Shown: piece by piece, positions 1-5,482 of the stretch
Layout of the letters: each line of letters starts with the position of its first letter
Position numbering within the stretch: the first letter of the stretch is position 1
UHGV virus genome: UHGV-0259249
Length of the DNA stretch: 22,970 nucleotides
Origin: a virus
Reading direction: 5' to 3' (one strand)
Position numbers and translations under genes: made by a program
Notes under the pieces: model-generated
Told to the model about the DNA's origin: nothing
Databases searched by the model: none
What the model saw: only the letters and a program-made list of their open reading frames with translations

Positions 1-1
1 G

Positions 2-589
2 CTAAAACAGCACGTCATGGCCCCGCTGATTTCTTACTTTCGTGATGCGCGTGAATCACTGGGAATAACGTCAAAACAGATAGCGGAAGCCACCGGAAAG
101 AAAAACATGGCTTCGCACTGGTTTGGTACCAGTCAGTGGCAGTTACCGAACGAGGGTGATTACAACAAATTGCAGGAGTTGTTTGCGCGTGTTGCGGCAG
201 AAAAACATCAGCGCGGGGAACTGGAAAAGCCACACCACCAGCTGGTCAGCGCATACAGTGAACTGAACCGGCAATATGCCAGCCTGCTGGCAGAGTACAA
301 ATCTTTACGGCGTTATTTTTCCGTATCGGCTGCTGTTCCTTATACGGATGTCTGGACGTACAAGCCAGTGCAGTATTATCCGGGCAAACATCCCTGTGAA
401 AAACCAGCGGATATGTTACGTCAGATAATTACCGCCAGCAGTCGTCCGGGAGACTTGGTTGTCGACTTTTTTATGGGGTCAGGCTCCACAATTAAAGCCG
501 CAATGACGCTGGGGCGTCGGGCAATTGGTGTGGAACTGGAAAAAGAGAGATTTAATCAAACTGTAACTGTAATAGAAAATAATCTTTAA
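2..589 (+). CDS. DNA methyltransferase, beta-class N6-adenine/N4-cytosine family (5'-truncated by window edge; C-terminal part only)
   Basis: Frame is open from position 2 with no upstream stop, so the gene starts outside the window. Translation contains 'HPCEKPADMLRQIITASSRPGDLVVDFFMGSGST', matching the conserved HPxxKP...(V/L)DxFxGSGTT AdoMet-binding block at the C-terminus of beta-class amino-MTases; the catalytic DPPY-type motif should lie upstream, outside the window. Stop TAA 587-589. Confidence 0.75.
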   Translation, partial: LKQHVMAPLISYFRDARESLGITSKQIAEATGKKNMASHWFGTSQWQLPNEGDYNKLQELFARVAAEKHQRGELEKPHHQLVSAYSELNRQYASLLAEYKSLRRYFSVSAAVPYTDVWTYKPVQYYPGKHPCEKPADMLRQIITASSRPGDLVVDFFMGSGSTIKAAMTLGRRAIGVELEKERFNQTVTVIENNL

Positions 590-652
590 ACACGCTTTCT
601 GTTATTTATTAATTATTGAAACAATAAAAACATATGAGTATATTTACAAATA

Positions 653-696
653 TTGACATTGATTTTTATTGAAAAAATATCTTATCTCGTTAATAT
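653..696 (+). promoter_or_regulatory. candidate sigma70 promoter(s) for the tRNA pair within an AT-rich upstream region
   Basis: TTGACA at 653-658; TTGAAA at 669-674 followed 16 nt later by TAATAT at 691-696 and a GC-rich discriminator (cacccgg). AT-rich tract 590-700 could act as an UP element. Pattern match only. Confidence 0.3.
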
Positions 697-754
697 TCTC
701 ACCCGGTTCCGAGGGGGTATTGCTGGGGCATTTTATTTTTCTTGAGGAACCATT

Positions 755-830
<76 letters not shown>

Positions 831-833
831 TAT

Positions 834-908
<75 letters not shown>

Positions 909-1274
909 GCAGAGGACGATGCTAGGCCGTTTCAGGCACTGACACATTATATGTGTGGGATGTTTTTAACCTAACTCCTTACCACATCCTGTTCTGTAAT
1001 GAATATTATTTATTACGGTACCAGTGCTGTTTTTTTACAATAGTGGAATGGTGCATTACTGGTGGAGATTTGTATTTCCTGGCAGGGCTGGTAATGTATC
1101 ATTCCGGTGTTGTAAATGACACCCCAGAGACGTTCCTCAGTGCGAGGGTGGTTGAAAGAGTCGGTTTTGCGGGAAACCACAGCATCCATGCAGGACTGGA
1201 TGTTTCGGGAGGCACCCGACGTCTCTGGTCATAATAAAATCATCGTTTTCTCTTCATGCCATTTTATGCCATAG

Positions 1275-1300
1275 ACCGCTACGCCAGGCGGTTTTTTTTT
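1275..1300 (+). terminator. intrinsic terminator
   Basis: Hairpin ACCGC(1275-1279)/GCGGT(1288-1292) with 8-nt loop, followed by a 9-T run ending at 1300. Confidence 0.5.
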
Positions 1301-1482
1301 ATTCAGAATTCAGTATTTATGCGGCTCGCTACGGCGGGCCTTTTTCATATCCGCGCCACGCCCGGCGAATATCAAAAACCACAGAGCCTTTCAGGGGTGA
1401 GCTTACGGGATGGTCAGTGTGACTTTCTCTGTGGGCTGGTCACCCCCGGGCGCAGGCTCACCCACTAAAAGGAAAAGTCACG

Positions 1483-1908
1483 ATGTTTGGTATTTTCAAA
1501 AAGAAAACCCGCAAGGCCATTACTGAAGTGAAGAAGATGGAGAACCGCGACGCAGTGGAGGCGACTGTCTGGGGCGCGTATTCCATAGCATTCGCCGACG
1601 GCACCTGTGATGCGAAAGAAATCGCTGTGCTGGAGAAAACCATTGCAGCACTTCCTGCTTTTGCGCCGTTCTCGGGTGAGATTGCACAAATGAGTGCAAA
1701 TATCCGCGCCCGTTATGAAGTGTCGCCGCGCTCTGCCAATGCTGAAGCCCTTCGCCAGCTGGCTGATGTTGCCGGTACTGATGATGCAGTTAATGTACTG
1801 TGCCTGTGTCTGGATATCGCAGACCAGGATGGCATTGGTCCGGATGAAGAAGCGCAGCTCAAGAAAATTGCTCAGGCGCTGCAGTTACCGCTGGAGCAGT
1901 ACCTGTGA
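1483..1908 (+). CDS. TerB-domain (tellurite-resistance TerB-like) protein, 141 aa
   Basis: ATG 1483 with AGGA 9 nt upstream. Two copies of the TerB signature: 'AFADGTCDAKEIAVLEKTIAA' and 'IADQDGIGPDEEAQLKKIAQAL' (hydrophobic-x-ADG/DG-x-x-x-E-E-x-x-hydrophobic). Length and start 'MFGIFKKK' parallel classical TerB 'MSFFDKVKG...'. Stop TGA 1906-1908. Confidence 0.75.
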   Translation: MFGIFKKKTRKAITEVKKMENRDAVEATVWGAYSIAFADGTCDAKEIAVLEKTIAALPAFAPFSGEIAQMSANIRARYEVSPRSANAEALRQLADVAGTDDAVNVLCLCLDIADQDGIGPDEEAQLKKIAQALQLPLEQYL

Positions 1909-2057
1909 AAAGTGCGCGCCTTGTGCTGGCTGCCATCCTGCTGTTTCTGGTAGTGGCGGTGGATTTCACCGGACGGCTGATGTCGGTGCTGGCAGATGGT
2001 GTGCTGGTGGCGATGGCGCTGGTCGTGCTCCGGCCTTTACTGCGTAAATCTGAATAA
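1905..2057 (+). CDS. small hydrophobic membrane peptide (50 aa), translationally coupled to the TerB-like gene
   Basis: GTG 1905 overlaps the upstream TGA (GTGA overlap); GGAG 8 nt upstream. Translation MKSARLVLAAILLFLVVAVDFTGRLMSVLADGVLVAMALVVLRPLLRKSE is almost entirely hydrophobic, consistent with one or two TM helices. Below the ORF-track length cutoff, so found by hand. Stop TAA 2055-2057. Confidence 0.4.
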   Translation: MKSARLVLAAILLFLVVAVDFTGRLMSVLADGVLVAMALVVLRPLLRKSE

Positions 2058-2066
2058 CACCACACA

Positions 2067-2104
2067 AAAGGCATCTGCGGGTGCCTTTAACGGGGTGTTT
2101 TTTA
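2067..2104 (+). terminator. possible terminator / structured spacer before the lysis cassette
   Basis: Hairpin AAAGGCA(2067-2073)/TGCCTTT(2082-2088), then GGGGTG and a T-run at 2098-2103. The T-run is not immediately adjacent to the stem, so efficiency is uncertain. Confidence 0.3.
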
Positions 2105-2146
2105 CGGGCCGCTGGTGGCCCTTTTTTATTTACAGGAGAAAAAAGT

Positions 2147-2539
2147 ATGTCTGAACCCTTATCCGGTTCCGGCACGGCTGCGGCGCTCGGTGGGGCGATG
2201 GTGTACGGGCTGTTTACCGGAACGGATTTCGGGATTGTGTTTGGTGCGTTCGCCGGGGCGTTATTTGTGGCAACGATGCCGCAGGCGCTTTCAGCCTGGC
2301 GTGTGGCGGCGCATTTTCTGGTGTCGTTCATTATCGGCGTGCTGGGCGCAGAGGTTCTGGCATCCTGGCTGGTAAAGCATACAGAGTTTGACGGTGCACC
2401 TGTCGACGCATTGTGTGCAGTACTGGTGTCAGTGGTGTCGGTGAAGATTCTCTCGTTCATCCACCAGCAGGATATTGCATCGCTGGTGTCCGGCCTGTTC
2501 TCCCGCCTGCGGGGTGGAGGAGGCGGCAATGTTAAGTAA
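2147..2539 (+). CDS. holin-like multi-TM membrane protein (130 aa)
   Basis: ATG 2147 preceded by AGGAGA. Gly/Ala-rich hydrophobic segments (GAMVYGLFTGTDFGIVFGAFAGALFVA; HFLVSFIIGVLGAEVLASWLV; LCAVLVSVVSV), charged C-terminus, placed immediately upstream of the endolysin. Family not identified with certainty. Confidence 0.55.
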   Translation: MSEPLSGSGTAAALGGAMVYGLFTGTDFGIVFGAFAGALFVATMPQALSAWRVAAHFLVSFIIGVLGAEVLASWLVKHTEFDGAPVDALCAVLVSVVSVKILSFIHQQDIASLVSGLFSRLRGGGGGNVK

Positions 2540-2807
2540 CATTCCCGGATTACTGAATGTGGCGTTATGCACGGTTATCGTGCTGACGCTCTTTTTTTAT
2601 CGTCGCCGTGATTCCAGACATAAACCGCTGATGTCATGGCTGGCCTGGCTACTGATGCTGCTTTATGCCTTTGCACCACTCAGCTATCTGTGTGGTCGCC
2701 CGTTAGCGGCGAACTGGCTGGCGGTGGGGCTTAATCTGCTGTTCTGCGTGTTGGTGATTCGCGCACGCGGGAACGTTTCAAAAATCTTTGTATTACGAAG
2801 GCGCTGA
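2529..2807 (+). CDS. second holin/antiholin-like membrane protein (92 aa, ~3 TM)
   Basis: ATG 2529 overlaps the end of the previous gene; GGAGG upstream. Three hydrophobic segments and an Arg-rich C-terminal tail (VLRRR). Stop TGA 2805-2807 lies 1 nt before the endolysin start. Confidence 0.5.
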   Translation: MLSNIPGLLNVALCTVIVLTLFFYRRRDSRHKPLMSWLAWLLMLLYAFAPLSYLCGRPLAANWLAVGLNLLFCVLVIRARGNVSKIFVLRRR

Positions 2808-2808
2808 T

Positions 2809-3354
2809 ATGAAGTCGAAAGATGAAATTTTTGACGAAGTTCTGGGAAAAGAGGGCGGTTACGTCAATCACCCGGATGATAAAGGCGGACCGACAAAATG
2901 GGGTATTACTGAAAAAGTTGCCCGTGCGCACGGATACCAGGGCGATATGCGTGATCTGACGCGCGGACAGGCGCTGGAAATACTCGAGGCGGACTACTGG
3001 TATGGACCACGTTTTGACCAGGTGGCAGCGTTATCCCCTGATATTGCCGCAGAGTTGTGTGATACGGGCGTGAACATGGGGCCAACCGTGGCGTCAAAAA
3101 TGCTTCAACGCTGGCTTAACGTTTTCAACCTGCGCGGGAAACTGTATCCGGATATGGATGCTGATGGACGCATCGGGCCGCGTACTCTTAATGCGCTACG
3201 GGCATATATGAAAAATCGTGGCAGGGATGGCGAACTGGTCTTACTAACCGCGCTGAACTGTACGCAGGGTGACCGTTATCTGGAGCTGGCAGAGAAACGC
3301 GAGGCCAACGAGTCGTTTGTCTATGGCTGGATGAAAGAACGCGTGGGAGTGTAG
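2809..3354 (+). CDS. endolysin: glycoside hydrolase family 108-type N-terminal domain plus PG_binding_3-type peptidoglycan-binding domain
   Basis: ATG 2809 (GAAGG 8 nt upstream; the track's 2788 start is TTG). 'EGGYVNHPDDKGGPTKWGIT' matches the GH108 catalytic signature; 'DADGRIGPRTLNALRAY' is typical of the associated PG-binding domain. Confidence 0.85.
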   Translation: MKSKDEIFDEVLGKEGGYVNHPDDKGGPTKWGITEKVARAHGYQGDMRDLTRGQALEILEADYWYGPRFDQVAALSPDIAAELCDTGVNMGPTVASKMLQRWLNVFNLRGKLYPDMDADGRIGPRTLNALRAYMKNRGRDGELVLLTALNCTQGDRYLELAEKREANESFVYGWMKERVGV

Positions 3355-3428
3355 TTGAAATTCCACTTTTCAATGAAGTCGGTAAATCCACTTTGCAGAT
3401 AGCACGACATTAGACTTACTGAAAAAGC

Positions 3429-3467
3429 AAAACCCCGGCTGGGGGAACAGTCCGGGGTTTTCTGTTT
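3429..3467. terminator. intrinsic terminator after the endolysin (possibly bidirectional)
   Basis: ACCCCGG(3432-3438)/CCGGGGT(3452-3458) stem followed by TTTTCTGTTTC; the complement also ends in a T-rich run. Confidence 0.5.
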
Positions 3468-3530
3468 CTGACCTTGGGTAAGGCAAAGTAGAACATGAGG
3501 AAGTATAAACCAATTCTGTTGAGGTTGACT

Positions 3531-3677
3531 ATGAAAAACGGCCTTGAATTGAAAGCGCCTGTAACTGATGACATCAGCAGAGCGGTGGCTTTTGCCATTA
3601 AGTGGGTGGCTGTCGGTATCGCTGTGTCTCCGATTCTGTATGGGATGGCAAAATTGATCATTGCTGTGAAATCGTAA
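3531..3677 (+). CDS. small membrane protein (48 aa; alternative start ATG 3495 gives 60 aa)
   Basis: GAGG 7 nt upstream of ATG 3531. Polar N-terminus then a single hydrophobic helix (AVAFAIKWVAVGIAVSPILYGMAKLIIAV). No family recognised. Confidence 0.35.
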   Translation: MKNGLELKAPVTDDISRAVAFAIKWVAVGIAVSPILYGMAKLIIAVKS

Positions 3678-3694
3678 GTGGTGCGGGGGTAAAT

Positions 3695-3829
3695 ATGTCA
3701 GATAGCATCATAAAACTAGCGAGGATTCTCTGTGTGGTTGTTGGCCTTTCATTTTCAGTGATGCTGGTTGCCATTTTCATTGCTACTGCCTGGAGAGTCT
3801 TGAGCTTATCTGGATTGATTGGTGGATAG
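3695..3829 (+). CDS. small membrane protein (44 aa)
   Basis: ATG 3695 with GGGGG upstream. Sequence MSDSIIKLARILCVVVGLSFSVMLVAIFIATAWRVLSLSGLIGG is one long hydrophobic helix. No family recognised. Confidence 0.35.
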   Translation: MSDSIIKLARILCVVVGLSFSVMLVAIFIATAWRVLSLSGLIGG

Positions 3830-3859
3830 CTGACATGAGCCGAAAACACTGGACACAGA

Positions 3860-4015
3860 GTGCCGCGAACGGCGGCGAAATGGGCACTGGTAGCGATACT
3901 GGTGCCTTTTTTTCTGGTGGGATGCGTCAGCCTGGATAAGGCGCGCCAGCTTTTCGATACAGCTTCTCAGGTCTGTGAAATTGTCGACGGTGTTCGGCAG
4001 TGTATGCAGAACTGA
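3860..4015 (+). CDS. small lipoprotein (51 aa precursor; lipobox LVGC)
   Basis: GTG 3860 start found by hand (not in track). MPRTAAKWALVAILVPFFLVG|C has a positively charged n-region, hydrophobic core and lipobox Cys; the ~29-aa mature part has two more Cys. Weak RBS; the overlapping ATG 3835 frame stops early. Confidence 0.4.
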   Translation: MPRTAAKWALVAILVPFFLVGCVSLDKARQLFDTASQVCEIVDGVRQCMQN

Positions 4016-4189
4016 TCGCCTGTAAGAGCAGAATATTTTGCTGAAAAATGAAGGATGCGCCGGCGTCCGGAAAGCATGAAATTCTGTGTTTGTGGCTACT
4101 CAATAAAATAAATTCTTTCTGTCGCCGCGAATACTCAAATGTTGATCAGCGCCCGGGGCGGTGACGGGCTTCGATATCAGGAGAAGATA

Positions 4190-4465
4190 ATGGAAAAGAA
4201 AGAAGACAAACCAATGGTAATTGGTGCTGTGGCTGTTCCGTTTAAGTTTGAACTGTCACAACTGGTGGAGATGCGCATCAGTGATGAATGGGGTGAGGTT
4301 AAAGCTCGCGCTCAGTATGCAGATGGCGAAAACCAGTACTTGCTCCACTACAAAGCTGCTGATGGTCGTGCCACGACGGAGTGGTTTGGTGAATCAATGC
4401 TGGAAGCAACAGAAGATGCTCGTCATCCGGGCTGTCCGGTATTTGCCTTCATGAAATTACCGTAA
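4190..4465 (+). CDS. hypothetical acidic protein (91 aa)
   Basis: Strong RBS CAGGAGAAGATAATG. Soluble, net-acidic composition (16 D/E against 11 K/R). No family recognised by eye. Confidence 0.55.
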   Translation: MEKKEDKPMVIGAVAVPFKFELSQLVEMRISDEWGEVKARAQYADGENQYLLHYKAADGRATTEWFGESMLEATEDARHPGCPVFAFMKLP

Positions 4466-4779
4466 GGTGCGGTAGTTAATGAGTAACAGGCATTACAGCA
4501 GCTCTTCAGCGAGGGGCTGCGATAATGTGAGGAATAAAAAACCGGCAGGGGAAATCCATTGAAGATTTGCCGGTGGCGAAAGATGGCCATGTTTTTAACC
4601 TTAGTAGCAGAGTTACGGAGTGCAACTACGAATACTGCCGGTATATGGCTGAATGGCGTTTCAATGATGTACATCATCTTATCCGCAAATTTCAATGATA
4701 AATGTTCTCATTTGCGCGGGTCCTTTCTGAAATCTGAAACACCGGGGGGATGCGGACACGCAGAAAACGGCTAGTTTTT

Positions 4780-4930
4780 GCATTTTCATGGCGGCGGCGG
4801 CATGTGTGATAATTCATTGATAATTAAAAATTATTTCTGTTTTTACCTGTACAATCTTTTTTCTCCCCTGTCATTAGACCAGTTTGCAATTAATTGAAAT
4901 ATATAAATAAATCTGATTTTCACCTGCCAG
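4780..4930. other. putative cos region (cosN/cosB-like) upstream of the terminase genes
   Basis: GC-rich block GGCGGCGGCGGC (4790-4801; lambda cosN cohesive end is GGGCGGCGACCT) embedded in AT-rich DNA; direct repeat TGATAATT at 4807-4814 and 4818-4825; IHF-like match tATCAAtgaaTTA on the minus strand at 4810-4822; about 150 bp upstream of the small-terminase start. Confidence 0.3.
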
Positions 4931-4942
4931 ATGGAGTTGCCT

Positions 4943-5482
4943 ATGTCAAATGTGATTGGGATTGGTGATGCTTATCACTGGAGTGTTTTTAAAATCGCCG
5001 AGGCTTTTGGGCTTCATCGGGACACAGTAAAAAAACGTCTCCTCGCAGCTAACACTCCTGTGGCTGCAACTGTCAAAGGAAACCCCGTTTATGCCCTGCA
5101 GCATGTCGGACCTGCCCTGTTTGGCCCGAAGCATGAGGTGGTAGCAGACTCTGTTCATGATCCATCCCGGATGGAGCCGAAAGAGAGAAAGGACTGGTTC
5201 CAGTCTGAAAATGAAAGGATCAAGCTGGAAAAGGAACAGCGGAAACTCATCCCTGTCGATGAAGTGGTCATCGTCTATTCATCTATGAGAAAGGCTGTCG
5301 TTCAGGTTCTGGAGACCATTCCGGATATTCTGGAACGCGATTGCGCCCTGACTCCTCAGGCTGTTGGTGTCGTACAGCAGGCCATTGATGACCTGCGATA
5401 TACCCTTCAGGAAAAATCCTACGAGGCCTGTGCTGCTGAATTAATTTCTAATGAGGAAGGAGAGAGTCTCGAGGAGGAATAA
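4943..5482 (+). CDS. terminase small subunit (HTH-type DNA-binding N-terminus)
   Basis: ATG 4943 with GGAG 6 nt upstream (track start 4931 also possible). Sits immediately upstream of, and overlaps by ATGA-type coupling, the large terminase; N-terminal helix-turn-helix-like segment 'WSVFKIAEAFGLHRDTVKKRL'; acidic C-terminus. Confidence 0.65.
   Translation: MSNVIGIGDAYHWSVFKIAEAFGLHRDTVKKRLLAANTPVAATVKGNPVYALQHVGPALFGPKHEVVADSVHDPSRMEPKERKDWFQSENERIKLEKEQRKLIPVDEVVIVYSSMRKAVVQVLETIPDILERDCALTPQAVGVVQQAIDDLRYTLQEKSYEACAAELISNEEGESLEEE

Noticed and set aside
953-1468. Two + strand ORFs from the track (953-1234, 93 aa; 1256-1468, 70 aa) and a hand-found 58-aa minus-strand ORF (1013-1189) in the region after the tRNAs
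   Set aside because: No RBS, Cys/Trp/Phe-rich non-protein-like composition, and mutual overlap with an intrinsic terminator and inverted repeats; more likely non-coding or a decayed remnant. Kept as a region-level finding only.
1966-2529. 187-aa minus-strand ORF antisense to the holin-like gene
   Set aside because: Entirely embedded antisense to a well-supported + gene, with Pro/Ala/Thr/Ser-rich low-complexity translation typical of stop-free antisense frames in GC-rich coding DNA.
2788-2808. Longer endolysin start (TTG 2788) and longer starts for several genes given in the ORF track (for example 11406, 14037, 18820, 2081)
   Set aside because: Downstream ATG/GTG starts have properly spaced Shine-Dalgarno sequences and avoid overlap with terminator hairpins or upstream genes; the track starts are non-ATG or lie inside terminators.
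4541-4574. Inverted repeat ACCGGCA...TGCCGGT downstream of the 4190-4465 gene, as a possible terminator
   Set aside because: 20-nt loop and no adjacent T-run; not convincing as an intrinsic terminator.
4423-4695. 90-aa minus-strand ORF in the position where lambda carries the leftward bor lipoprotein gene
   Set aside because: No signal peptide or lipobox and no RBS; overlaps the 3' end of the 4190-4465 gene; composition not protein-like.
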